From: Spirochaetia bacterium | Lineage (GTDB): Bacteria > Spirochaetota > Spirochaetia > UBA9216 | Length of the DNA stretch: 64,000 nt | Assembly: GCA_963677925.2 (NCBI GenBank) | Contig: CAXXYH010000004.1 | Location: 192,001-256,000, forward strand | Direction of reading: 5' to 3' | Shown: positions 40,228 to 49,978 of the stretch, in pieces | Position numbering within the stretch: position 1 is the first letter of the stretch | Layout of the letters: each line of letters begins with the position of its first letter | Translations under genes and position numbers: made by a program | The notes under the pieces: generated by a model | Told to the model about the DNA's origin: nothing | The model's input: only the letters and a program-made list of their open reading frames with translations | The model's database searches: none

Positions 40228-41289
40228 ATGTCAAAGACAAAGGGAATGAAAATAGGAATACTTACCGCCGGAGGAGACTGTCCCGGACTTAATGCTGCGA
40301 TCAGAGGTGTCGGAAAGACTGCTATCCTGAAATACGGCATGGAAGTCTACGGATTTTCCTCCGGATACCTCGGTCTTGTGAATAACGAGTACAAACAGCT
40401 CTCAGAAAGAGACCTATCAGGCATCCTGACAGTCGGGGGAACAATCCTCGGCACTTCAAGAGAAAAACCATTCAAACATTCAGAATATGATCAGTATGTA
40501 GTGAGTAAGCCCGAGCAGATTAAGGAAAACTATGCAACCTTAGGCCTTGACTGTGTGGTCTGCATCGGCGGAAACGGGACAATGAAAACCGCAGGCAAGC
40601 TGCAGGAAGAGGGGCTGAATGTAATCGGAATCCCGAAAACTATTGATAACGATGTATGGGGTACCGACAGAACGTTCGGTTTCGATTCTGCCGTCACAAT
40701 AGCTACAGACGCCATCGACCGAATACATACAACCGCGAACTCTCATAAGCGTATCATGGTGGTTGAAGTCATGGGACACCATACCGGTTGGCTGACACTC
40801 TTTTCAGGAGTTGCCGGCGGAGGAGATATCATCCTTATTCCGGAAATTCCCTATGAACGAAAAATACTGAAAAAATATATAATGAAAAGAGCTGAATCAG
40901 GAAAACCTTACTCAATCGTAGTTGTTGCAGAAGGTATCAGAGTTCCGCCGAAAAAGAACGGGCAGCCGAGTGTGAAAAGTGCCGGAAGGTATATTTCAGA
41001 AATCATTCAGAAAGATACCGGCATTGAAACCAGGGACACCATACTCGGCTACATACAGCGCGGAGGCTCACCCTCCGCCACTGACCGTGTCCTGGCAACC
41101 GAGCTCGGAGCCTTTGCCGCAAAAATGATTTCAGAGCAGAAGTTCGGGCATATGGCGGCAATTCAGGACAGAACACTCACCTCAATACCTCTGAGCGATG
41201 TGGCGGGAAAACTGAAACTTGTACCGCCTGACTATCCGCTCATTCAGTACGCAAGAAATCTGGACACCTGCTTCGGCGACGGCAAATAA
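40228..41289 (+). CDS. pfkA: 6-phosphofructokinase (group III, Gly104/Lys124 type)
   Basis: GGDCPGLN, GGTILGTSR, GGNG, PKTIDND, EVMG; AGGAG before ATG 40228. Confidence 0.95.
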   Translation: MSKTKGMKIGILTAGGDCPGLNAAIRGVGKTAILKYGMEVYGFSSGYLGLVNNEYKQLSERDLSGILTVGGTILGTSREKPFKHSEYDQYVVSKPEQIKENYATLGLDCVVCIGGNGTMKTAGKLQEEGLNVIGIPKTIDNDVWGTDRTFGFDSAVTIATDAIDRIHTTANSHKRIMVVEVMGHHTGWLTLFSGVAGGGDIILIPEIPYERKILKKYIMKRAESGKPYSIVVVAEGIRVPPKKNGQPSVKSAGRYISEIIQKDTGIETRDTILGYIQRGGSPSATDRVLATELGAFAAKMISEQKFGHMAAIQDRTLTSIPLSDVAGKLKLVPPDYPLIQYARNLDTCFGDGK

Positions 41290-41301
41290 AAAAGGACTCA
41301 C

Positions 41302-43365
41302 ATGGCTGAAGATATTTATAAATTCATCAATAAAGAAGTAAGCTGGCTCTCGTTCAACGAAAGAGTTCTGCAGGAGGCTGAAGATAAAAGAAACCTCCTG
41401 GGAGAACGTTTAAAATTCCTTGGCATTTTTTCATCAAACCAGGATGAGTTTTTCAGAGTCCGTGTTGCAATGCTGAAAAAATTCTGCCTTATGAACAGAA
41501 AAGGCCGTAAATACCTGCCCGAAGATCCTGAAGAGGCAATGAATCAGGTTAGAGAGATTGTTCACAGACAGCGACAGCGTTCAGAGAAAATTTATAAAGA
41601 TATAATGAATGAACTTGAAAAAGAGAAGGTCTTTATAAAGTCTCACAATGAGCTCAATAAAAAGCAGCAGCGGTTTGTCTTTGATTATTTTACCGTCCAT
41701 GTAAGACCGCAGATTTTTCCGATGATTATCGACAGCCGGTACGAAATCCCCTATCTGCAGGACGACTCGCTCTATCTTGCAGTAGAGCTGCGGAACAACA
41801 CAACTCACAGGATTCGCTACAGTATTATTGAAATTCCGACAAAATCGCTTCCCCGATTTATAAAACTGCCCCATTCCGGCGATGAAACCCATATCATCCT
41901 TATTGATGAAATTGTACGCTTCGGCCTGCCCGGAGTTTATTCCAGCCATCAGTTTACAAGTTTTCATTCCTATAACTTCAAGGTAACCAGAGACGCTGAA
42001 CTGGAAATAGATGAGGATGATATCTCGGTAAGTTATCTTAACAAGATTTCAGAAAGCCTTAAAAAACGAGGAGAAGGTGATATCATCAGGCTCGTCTATG
42101 ATGAAAAAATGCCGAAGGCAATGCTTGATTTCTTCAGAAAAAAGAACAAAATGCATCCTCTCGACACACTCTCAGCAGGTGGCCGCTATCACAGGCTGAA
42201 AGATATGCTGAGTCTTCCGGGTGTTGCCGGACTTGAAACAACCAAGCCTAATCCGCCTATAAGGCACGCTGAAATAGACCAGAGCAAAATTTCCTTTGCA
42301 TCAATTAAAAAACACGATGTCCTGCTGTTTTTCCCCTATCACACATTCAGCAGTATGATCGACTTTATAAGGGATGCATCCATCGACGCCTCAGTTGAAA
42401 GCATCAAAGTGACCCTCTACAGGGTCGCAAAATTTTCAAGTATCGCGAATGCCCTGATCAATGCCCGCAGAAACCGTAAGGAAGTAACAGTGCTGCTTGA
42501 GCTTCAGGCCCGCTTTGATGAGGAAAACAACATCTACTGGGCAAACAGACTGAAGGACGAGGGCGTAAAAATCCTCTTCGGTATTTCCGGTCTCAAAGTT
42601 CATTCGAAGCTCTGTCTGGTGACAAGAAAAGAAAGAGGAAAGCTTGTAAAATACTGCAGTATCGGAACCGGCAATCTTAACGAAGAAACTGCTAAAATGT
42701 ATACAGACTGTACCCTGCTGACAGCAAATCCTGAAATAACCATGGAGGTTGAGGTTCTGTTCAACTTTCTGGAACGAAACTTTCACTACAACCTGTCATT
42801 CGAACACCTGCTTGTCTCCCCTGTTAATTTTCGTCAGAAACTCAATGAACTAATTGATTTCGAGATTGAAGAAGCAAAGGCCGGCAGGCCTGCATGGATC
42901 AACATCAAGATCAACAACCTGGCTGATAAGGAGATTGGTACAAAGCTTTACGATGCCAGTATGGCCGGGGTAAAAATCAGGCTGATCTGCAGAAGCCGTT
43001 TTACGATAATTCCAGGGGTTCCTGGACTGAGTGAAAATATTCAGGCAATAAGCATCATCGATAAATATCTTGAGCATGCCCGTTTTTTTATCTTCTGCCA
43101 TAGAGGTGAAGATCTGACCTATCTTGGCTCTGCGGACTGGCAGACCAGAAATATTGACCGACGCGTAGAGGTAACAACACCGGTCAGCAGAGAAAGACAT
43201 AAAAAAAGACTCAGGGATATTTTTGAAATTCAATGGAATGATAACTGTAAGGCCCGGGTTCTTGATCAGGAAATGTCAAACCGGTTTGTTGAAAAAAAAG
43301 AAGGAGAAACGCTTAACCGCTCCCAGGATTCTGTATACCAATATCTTGTTGACGAAAATCATTAA
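41302..43365 (+). CDS. ppk1: Polyphosphate kinase 1
   Basis: SWLSFNERVLQEA, ARFDEENN, LKVHSK, YLEHAR. Confidence 0.97.
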   Translation: MAEDIYKFINKEVSWLSFNERVLQEAEDKRNLLGERLKFLGIFSSNQDEFFRVRVAMLKKFCLMNRKGRKYLPEDPEEAMNQVREIVHRQRQRSEKIYKDIMNELEKEKVFIKSHNELNKKQQRFVFDYFTVHVRPQIFPMIIDSRYEIPYLQDDSLYLAVELRNNTTHRIRYSIIEIPTKSLPRFIKLPHSGDETHIILIDEIVRFGLPGVYSSHQFTSFHSYNFKVTRDAELEIDEDDISVSYLNKISESLKKRGEGDIIRLVYDEKMPKAMLDFFRKKNKMHPLDTLSAGGRYHRLKDMLSLPGVAGLETTKPNPPIRHAEIDQSKISFASIKKHDVLLFFPYHTFSSMIDFIRDASIDASVESIKVTLYRVAKFSSIANALINARRNRKEVTVLLELQARFDEENNIYWANRLKDEGVKILFGISGLKVHSKLCLVTRKERGKLVKYCSIGTGNLNEETAKMYTDCTLLTANPEITMEVEVLFNFLERNFHYNLSFEHLLVSPVNFRQKLNELIDFEIEEAKAGRPAWINIKINNLADKEIGTKLYDASMAGVKIRLICRSRFTIIPGVPGLSENIQAISIIDKYLEHARFFIFCHRGEDLTYLGSADWQTRNIDRRVEVTTPVSRERHKKRLRDIFEIQWNDNCKARVLDQEMSNRFVEKKEGETLNRSQDSVYQYLVDENH

Positions 43366-43437
43366 TCAGACATCAGTAAAATTGATTTAGAAACAGAGGC
43401 TCTGTTCCAAATCAGCAGGGATGATTCGGCCTCGGCC

Positions 43438-43836
43438 TCATCCCCGCTGCGCAAGAAAGTTATCCACAGCTTTTCCCCAGGGCTGAAACTTAAGTTTTCT
43501 TAAAGCTCTGTCCGACTTCAGAAATCGGCGTTTCCGGTATTTCCGCTCAGGCCATCTCTTGCGTATGCTTGTTACCTTGAAGGGATAAAGTTTATACACA
43601 ACAGTATCTTTTCCTTTCTGCACAGGGATTTTTATTGCTTTTCCCTTAATAGAACCTATAAGTCCGGCTTCTTCAAAGGCTTCAAGAGCGGCAACCTCCC
43701 GATCTGTACGATCTGCTTCACTCTGCCCCTTGGGAAGAATCCATCTCCCGGGATGAGATCTGGAGGTAATTATTACAAAACGGTAAGTATTATTTCTTTT
43801 AATATACGGGATAACCCCTATCTGCTTATATTCCAA
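43438..43836 (-). CDS. Nudix hydrolase (diadenosine/diphosphoinositol polyphosphate-like)
   Basis: WILPKG...AALEAFEEAG Nudix box, WPE; TTG start at 43836. Confidence 0.9.
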   Translation of the reverse strand: MEYKQIGVIPYIKRNNTYRFVIITSRSHPGRWILPKGQSEADRTDREVAALEAFEEAGLIGSIKGKAIKIPVQKGKDTVVYKLYPFKVTSIRKRWPERKYRKRRFLKSDRALRKLKFQPWGKAVDNFLAQRG

Positions 43837-43837
43837 C

Positions 43838-44860
43838 TCAGACTGTCTCCACCAGATTTCCACAGCTCAGATCAAGCATCCTCCATCCAAGTGCTTTTAT
43901 CAACTCATTATCATTGGAAACAATTATTATTGTCGGAACCTCAAGCATCAGCAAATCTCTTAATATTTTTATAAAGCCTTCCCGTGCTTCGGCATCAAGA
44001 GAGGATGTCGGCTCATCTATAAGAAAAACACCGGGCTCCTGAGCAATACACCCGGCAAGGGAAATCCTCAGTTTTTCGCCGGCTGAAAGTTCGGCGAAAG
44101 AAACCTTCTGAAGGTGAAAGCAGCCGGTTCGCTTCATTGCAAGCTCAATTCTGTATGCCTGCTCAGCATCCGTTTCAACAGAGTCCGGCAACCTCATTCT
44201 GACAATGTCTTCTGCAGAAACCGGGTTCTGTATTGAGCTGTCAGCAGATTCAAAAAATGCGATACTTCCGGCAGCAGCGTTGACCGTTTCACCCTTTGCA
44301 TCAACCAGAGAAACAGAACCTGACAAAGGTTGCAGTATTCCCGCAATTGCTTTTAGCAGAGTTGTTTTCCCGCTGCCATGTGCTCCCCTGATTATCAGCT
44401 GGTCTCCGGCGTCTAATAATAGAGACAGGTTTCTGAAAACAGGAGTATTTCCATATCCTGCTTCGAGCCTGTTCAGCCTGAGACCAAGCCCCTTTGAAAA
44501 ACCTGCACGTTTCCTGAGGAACATACATGCATCTGCGACAGACATTTCATCGTTAATCAGATCTTCAGTCCTGCATTCAATTTTATCAACGATTCTATCA
44601 TAGCGGCATTCAACTCCGTTCTGCTCAAACACTTTCAGACCGAGCTCACTTATCAGGTGAATATGTACTTTGTTTATTCCCATCCCGGAGGTTAAAGATG
44701 CGGCAGCCCTTCCGGCAATTTTATCTTCAAGCGAGACATCTGCAGGGTTAATACCGCCGGTTCTTAAATATTCTTCAAGTTCAAAAAGCGGATACAGCCA
44801 TTTCCCTTCGCTTTCAAAAATAATTTTATCATCGAGAAATGCTCTGAGAGAGTAAGACAT
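43838..44860 (-). CDS. DUF1893 domain fused to an ABC ATPase domain
   Basis: N-terminal DKIAGRAAA...C; GAHGSGKTT, LSAGE, FLIDEP, IVSND. Confidence 0.8.
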   Translation of the reverse strand: MSYSLRAFLDDKIIFESEGKWLYPLFELEEYLRTGGINPADVSLEDKIAGRAAASLTSGMGINKVHIHLISELGLKVFEQNGVECRYDRIVDKIECRTEDLINDEMSVADACMFLRKRAGFSKGLGLRLNRLEAGYGNTPVFRNLSLLLDAGDQLIIRGAHGSGKTTLLKAIAGILQPLSGSVSLVDAKGETVNAAAGSIAFFESADSSIQNPVSAEDIVRMRLPDSVETDAEQAYRIELAMKRTGCFHLQKVSFAELSAGEKLRISLAGCIAQEPGVFLIDEPTSSLDAEAREGFIKILRDLLMLEVPTIIIVSNDNELIKALGWRMLDLSCGNLVETV

Positions 44861-44865
44861 ATTTC

Positions 44866-45414
44866 TTATATTCCTTTGATATAAAACATGTTAATGATTT
44901 CATCATCTTCAGCCAGTCCAATCATCTTCTCAAGTTCGCAGAAGAAATTTGACTCACGATCAAGACGCTTTCTGAAATCTTCAGTTATTTCAACAGGTTC
45001 TGTTTCAAGCTCATCCTTCCAGCCTGGACAGCCGGATACTGGAGCCAGAGCAGACCATTTTTCTGTATCTGTGCTGCATTCGTATTCCCTGCAGTGGGGA
45101 GCCAGCATGCAGACCAGCGGTTTATGATCCGGATGCAGACTGCAAAGCCCGTAAAGTCTTCCGTCATCATCCAGTCTGTTTTCGATAAATGGGCAGAATT
45201 TCAGCTTTCCGCTTTTGAAGCGTATCCGCGGAAGCGGGGCGTTATTCCGTTCCCTGTCGATTATGACAAAGCCGCGGCTGAAAAGTTCGGTAGTACTGCT
45301 AAATTTTAGAAATTTAGCCATCAGAACCAGATCTTCCGGATTGAGGAAAACCTTCATCAGACCGCTGCAGCATTCCCCGCAGCATTTACAGTCGAATTTA
45401 AGCGGATCGGCCAA
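44866..45414 (-). CDS. YkgJ-family cysteine-cluster protein
   Basis: CKCCGECC ... CPF ... CSLHPDHKPLVC ... CPG. Confidence 0.9.
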   Translation of the reverse strand: MADPLKFDCKCCGECCSGLMKVFLNPEDLVLMAKFLKFSSTTELFSRGFVIIDRERNNAPLPRIRFKSGKLKFCPFIENRLDDDGRLYGLCSLHPDHKPLVCMLAPHCREYECSTDTEKWSALAPVSGCPGWKDELETEPVEITEDFRKRLDRESNFFCELEKMIGLAEDDEIINMFYIKGI

Positions 45415-45416
45415 AC

Positions 45417-46094
45417 TTAGAAAGCTCCGTATTCTTCAAGATTTTCAATTTCCAGCGCAACCGACATTCGGCACTTGTAGCTTCCTGAGTCTATTGTTAT
45501 ATAGGGAACTGAATTTATTCTGACCCTGCCGCTGACAGATCTCGGTTTATTGTAGATCCGCGGCTGAAGATAGTCGCGAAGAGCCTGCTTAACCGAATTA
45601 TTGATGGCATCAATTTTACCATCGTAGCCAAGAACAAATCGGCCCTCACCGCTTGAAGAAATCCTCGGCAGAGTCCCGCTGTCCCAGCTTATATACCAGG
45701 GCAGCTGATATTCATGCAGATCGTAGGACAATTCAACTATGTAAAGATCCCCTTCCTTTCTGCTGGACTTCACTTTCAACGCCTCATCTCCCCATGGAAT
45801 GGAATGAACCGGCGAGAGTTCAAATTCCTCTTTGATGCTTCTTGCGGAATCGTAGGGAACGTACCTGAAGCTGAACCCGTAAATCATTCCGGAGTATATA
45901 TATACCGCTTCATCAAGGATCTGTTTAAGGTACTCTTCATCGGAGGTTTTATCCTCTTTAAACGGGTCTGTATTTTCAAGTACCGTAAAAAAACTGCCCG
46001 TAAACCTTATCCGATCATACTCTGGATCTGCCTCTGCAAATAGAGATCCGGAGAAAATCAGAAGTGTTGAAAGGATAAAAAGGATTCTTTTCAA
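45417..46094 (-). CDS. Exported hypothetical protein
   Basis: Signal peptide, 225 aa, in an operon with the rhomboid gene. Confidence 0.75.
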   Translation of the reverse strand: MKRILFILSTLLIFSGSLFAEADPEYDRIRFTGSFFTVLENTDPFKEDKTSDEEYLKQILDEAVYIYSGMIYGFSFRYVPYDSARSIKEEFELSPVHSIPWGDEALKVKSSRKEGDLYIVELSYDLHEYQLPWYISWDSGTLPRISSSGEGRFVLGYDGKIDAINNSVKQALRDYLQPRIYNKPRSVSGRVRINSVPYITIDSGSYKCRMSVALEIENLEEYGAF

Positions 46095-46100
46095 AATCTC

Positions 46101-46739
46101 CTACCAGCGGCTTCCGCCTCTTCCCCTGAGGGCATCTATAGGATTTGTACCCTCTCTGACTATAAAATAAAGAAAGGCAAAACCAAATCCCGCAAGATGT
46201 GTAAGATGGGCAACGCCGGTCCTGAAACCTGCAAACTGATAAAAAATAGAAATACCTGCAAACAAAAGCACCAGAGTTCTGGCCTTCAGCGGGATAATTC
46301 CGAATACATATATCAGTGAATCAGGATAGTAAACTGCATAGGCAAAGGTAACAGCATATACAGCACCCGATGCTCCAAGCAGAACGACATTCATACCTGT
46401 AAGAAAGTAGACAATAAAGGAAAAAACTCCGGCAAGAGCTCCGGTCAGAAGGTAGAAAAGCAGGAATTCCCGGCTCCCCATCCGCCGTTCAACGGCCTGT
46501 CCAAAGAAAAAGAGGGCCAGCATATTAAATGCAATGTGACTGATTCCTGAGTGGACAAACATGTAGGTAACAAACTGCCATACAAAGCCGTGAAGAACCA
46601 GCGAGGGCACCATGGCCAGATAGTAAAAACTGCTGGATGCAATCATTGTAAGCATAAAAACTGCAAGATTTATCCCGATAATTATAAAAGATACATTTGA
46701 ATATGTGTATCGAAAAGGTTTCCTGAGAATGTTGTTCAT
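46101..46739 (-). CDS. Rhomboid intramembrane serine protease
   Basis: WQFVTYMFVH, HIAFNM, GASGA, AHLTHLAG. Confidence 0.95.
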   Translation of the reverse strand: MNNILRKPFRYTYSNVSFIIIGINLAVFMLTMIASSSFYYLAMVPSLVLHGFVWQFVTYMFVHSGISHIAFNMLALFFFGQAVERRMGSREFLLFYLLTGALAGVFSFIVYFLTGMNVVLLGASGAVYAVTFAYAVYYPDSLIYVFGIIPLKARTLVLLFAGISIFYQFAGFRTGVAHLTHLAGFGFAFLYFIVREGTNPIDALRGRGGSRW

Positions 46740-46834
46740 GTTCTATAAAGTAAAACTTTTACGGGCTGCGGTCAAGAAATCTATTAATATTAAGATCATT
46801 GAATATTCACATGGGAAGTGTTATTATTTAATTG

Positions 46835-48418
46835 GTGAGAAAGCTTTTATTTGTTTTTACAGGCTTTATAATTCTCTTTTCCTGCAGTGATAATCCCGGC
46901 GATTTTTCTTTTGACGGCGACTACACCTCCGTAAAAGAAACGTACACCGATGCCGACGGGATTGCAGAATGGATAGTATATGAGACCGAAAACAATAAGG
47001 ATATCACTGAACTTAGATCAATCGGAACTTCCGCAGCCGGAAGGGACATCTACGCGATAGAGATTTCAGATAATCCGGGAGAAGCAGAGACCGAACCGGC
47101 AATTCTTATCAATGCCGGGATACACGGAAATGAGCAGATTTCATCAGCAGTAGCAATGCAGATGATTGATTATCTGATAACCTCCTACCGTTATTATACA
47201 GATCCTGATTCCTTTGAAGATTACGAAGGCGATCTGCCTACAGAAGAGGAAACACTCCTTGTTGCCAACCTGGTTGAAAACTACAAGCTTCATTTCATTC
47301 CAGCGGTTAATCCGGACGGTCTGGATGCCGGCTCAAGATATAATGACAATTACGTGGATATCAACCGTAATTTCGACTATACCTGGGATGAGTCAGAATG
47401 GAATAACGGCGATGAAGCCTTTGATCAGTCTGAAAGTCAGGCCCTCCGCGACGATTATATCAAATACGGCTATGTCCTCTCGATCAACATGCATACAGCC
47501 GCGTCAGGCACATATGATACAGAAAGCGGTCCAGGAATATACGGAGCATGGGACGCCATATCATCCGATTACGCAGAAGATGACGGACTTGATGAAGACA
47601 GTGACGGAGATGAATCAGACTACAAGGAAACCTACCTTCCGAATTATGAGATTATTCAGGAACTTGGAAACGGTTACGCTTCTGAAGTAACTGAATCATC
47701 AAGCTACCTCTTTGAAGACTTCGGATTTAATATCGGTGCAGACTGGTATGTGATGTACGGTTCAATGGCCGACTGGGCCCTTGGAGAGCGGGGTTCTGTT
47801 TCATTTACAGTGGAACTTCTTGAAGGACAGCGATCCACAGCTGAAGATTACTACCTCGCAGAAGAAGCCTGGAAAGCACATAAAAACGCACTGCTCAATC
47901 TGGTAAAAGCCGGCTCGAGATCTATTAAGGGCCGGATTCTTGACGACTCTACTGACTTTGTAATTGAAAACGCAAGGGTGAGCCTGGAATATACCGGCAG
48001 CGCATCGAGAGCAATGACATTCACACCGGTTCCCTACAGAAACCTTGCCGGATATACCGTAGAAGAAGGCACTTTCGGCCTTCTGACTCCTGCCGGAGTT
48101 TATAACCTGACTGTAACAGCTGACGGATTTGAAGATGCAGAGTTCACTGTCTCGCTGACACCTGATGGAAGTACATTATTTATTTCAGAATCAGGAGGCA
48201 GATTCAGTTCTCTGTATGATATACCCAGCTACTATCTGACCCCTTCAGACCGGACTCCCGAACTTGAAGAAGCAGAAATAATATCAGAAAATACTGAATT
48301 AATTATTCCGGAAGAGTATTCCGGTAATCCTGAAAATGAAGGTTTGATTATTCCGGAGTACTACAACGGTATCACAGCAGCCGGAATTCTGCCTGAAACT
48401 GAACAAACTGTCGAATAA
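46835..48418 (+). CDS. M14 zinc carboxypeptidase lipoprotein with regulatory-like C-terminal domain
   Basis: Lipobox ILFSC, GIHGNE, NPDG, DINRNF, SINMH; start GTG 46835 (or TTG 46832). Confidence 0.9.
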   Translation: MRKLLFVFTGFIILFSCSDNPGDFSFDGDYTSVKETYTDADGIAEWIVYETENNKDITELRSIGTSAAGRDIYAIEISDNPGEAETEPAILINAGIHGNEQISSAVAMQMIDYLITSYRYYTDPDSFEDYEGDLPTEEETLLVANLVENYKLHFIPAVNPDGLDAGSRYNDNYVDINRNFDYTWDESEWNNGDEAFDQSESQALRDDYIKYGYVLSINMHTAASGTYDTESGPGIYGAWDAISSDYAEDDGLDEDSDGDESDYKETYLPNYEIIQELGNGYASEVTESSSYLFEDFGFNIGADWYVMYGSMADWALGERGSVSFTVELLEGQRSTAEDYYLAEEAWKAHKNALLNLVKAGSRSIKGRILDDSTDFVIENARVSLEYTGSASRAMTFTPVPYRNLAGYTVEEGTFGLLTPAGVYNLTVTADGFEDAEFTVSLTPDGSTLFISESGGRFSSLYDIPSYYLTPSDRTPELEEAEIISENTELIIPEEYSGNPENEGLIIPEYYNGITAAGILPETEQTVE

Positions 48419-48485
48419 TCCGCAATAATTCATAGACATTAGACTCAATATACACTAATCTTTTTCTCCGGACAGGAGGCTGACT

Positions 48486-49763
48486 TTGGAAAAATTTGAT
48501 GTAATCATTGTTGGTTCCGGACCTGCCGGACTTGGCGCAGCTTTTCATCTAATCCGAAACAAACCCGATCTTAAAATTCTTATGCTCGAAAGCGGGAAGG
48601 TCTCAAGCGGCGGACTGCGCAATGACTGCAAGATGAATTTCACTTTTCCCATCGGCTTCCCGCTTGAAAACTGGAACCGGGAACAGGCCGACCAATACCT
48701 TGAACTTGTGATTAAAGAACTGCAGCCGCAGATTTTTGAGAAGAAAAACCTTTCAACCTACTTTAAAAGAGCTGAAAAGCTGGGGGTTGAACTTCTCAAC
48801 ATCCGGCAGACCCACCTGGGAACTGACGGCGGGCTGAAACTGATAAAAAAACTGATCTCGGAACTTGAAGAAGCCGGCGTTACAGTCAGACTGCAGGAGG
48901 AAATGCTTTCTGTAGACGCTGCTGCAAAAAGGATTACTACATCAAAATCTGAAACAGGATATGAAAAACTCTTTGTTGCACCCGGAAGAAAGGGTTTCAG
49001 ATTTCTTCAGACAATAATGGACAGTATAGATGTCGACTACATCGATCACATCGTAGACATCGGAATTAGAATAGAAACAAGAATAGAGCACTATCCGATA
49101 GTATCTGATTACTACGATCCCAAGTTCCTCTTTCCTGATAAGGTACGGACATTCTGTACAAACAGCGGCGCCGCCCATGTAGTTATGGAAAAATATCAGA
49201 CCAACAATGGAAAGGAATATTTCAGTGTTAACGGGCATGCCTACTCCGGAGAGCGGGAGCCAAACGGCCTGGTTAACTTTGCCATGCTGAAAACCGTTAA
49301 ATTTACCGAACCCCTGGCAAGCGGACAGGAGTTTGCGGAAATTCTGGGACTCCAGGCCATGCTGATGGGTGGGGGCAAACCTATAATGCAGAGAGTCGGA
49401 GACTTCAGGCTCGGCAAACGTTCAAAAGCCGGCAGCTTCAACGACGATCTTTATGATTTCAAGCCTACCCTCCCCAACTGTACACCCGGAGATATCAGCC
49501 TTTCAATGCCTTCCCGTATCCTGAGGGGCATCTGGAAATCAATGAAATCACTTGATACTATCATCCCCGGAGTTCTTCACCCCGGAACAATCATGTACTA
49601 TCCGGAAATTAAACTTTATGCAAATAAGCCGGTTTTTAAAGACAGTCATTTCAAGGTCTACGACAGCATATACCTTGCAGGCGACGGGGCCGGAACAAGC
49701 AGGGGAATAACCGCTGCGTGGGCAAGCGGTATACGGGCGGCTGACGGAATTCTTGTCGGCTAA
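48486..49763 (+). CDS. FAD-dependent oxidoreductase
   Basis: GSGPAG, VRTFC, VNGHA, GDGAGTSRG; AGGAGG Shine-Dalgarno. Confidence 0.9.
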   Translation: MEKFDVIIVGSGPAGLGAAFHLIRNKPDLKILMLESGKVSSGGLRNDCKMNFTFPIGFPLENWNREQADQYLELVIKELQPQIFEKKNLSTYFKRAEKLGVELLNIRQTHLGTDGGLKLIKKLISELEEAGVTVRLQEEMLSVDAAAKRITTSKSETGYEKLFVAPGRKGFRFLQTIMDSIDVDYIDHIVDIGIRIETRIEHYPIVSDYYDPKFLFPDKVRTFCTNSGAAHVVMEKYQTNNGKEYFSVNGHAYSGEREPNGLVNFAMLKTVKFTEPLASGQEFAEILGLQAMLMGGGKPIMQRVGDFRLGKRSKAGSFNDDLYDFKPTLPNCTPGDISLSMPSRILRGIWKSMKSLDTIIPGVLHPGTIMYYPEIKLYANKPVFKDSHFKVYDSIYLAGDGAGTSRGITAAWASGIRAADGILVG

Positions 49764-49812
49764 TTTCATCAATAAACTTGATTTCAGATTTCAGAAAGCT
49801 TAAGTTTAAGTT

Positions 49813-49933
49813 GTAGGAACCTCCAGCGCGGGGAGAACACCGAGCAAAACAGATATTCAATATTTGCTGCCCTGAATATCGAGCAGACTTCGTCGGTGAC
49901 ACTTCCTCCTGAAACTCTCCCTGCGCGTTTTTT
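49813..49933 (+). ncRNA. Candidate structured small RNA (family not recognised)
   Basis: Putative promoter TTGATT-17-TAAGTT (49778-49806); nested stems 49826-36/49916-26, 49838-43/49893-98 and 49852-59/49873-80; T6 tail. Confidence 0.45.
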
Positions 49934-49978
49934 CTCATTTTTATTAGTCTTTCGCCGGAAAAATATTATATTTACAAC

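Noticed and set aside
48280-48370. Short duplication LIIPEEY/LIIPEYY in the M14 tail
   Set aside because: Two degenerate copies in a low-complexity tail; no functional support.
49813-49933. Glycine riboswitch, SRP or 6S identity for the structured RNA
   Set aside because: The minus strand has GGAGAG...CACCGACGAAG but lacks a properly placed CUCUCAGG/GGAC and has no downstream gene; there is no SRP helix-8 motif; it is shorter than a typical 6S RNA.
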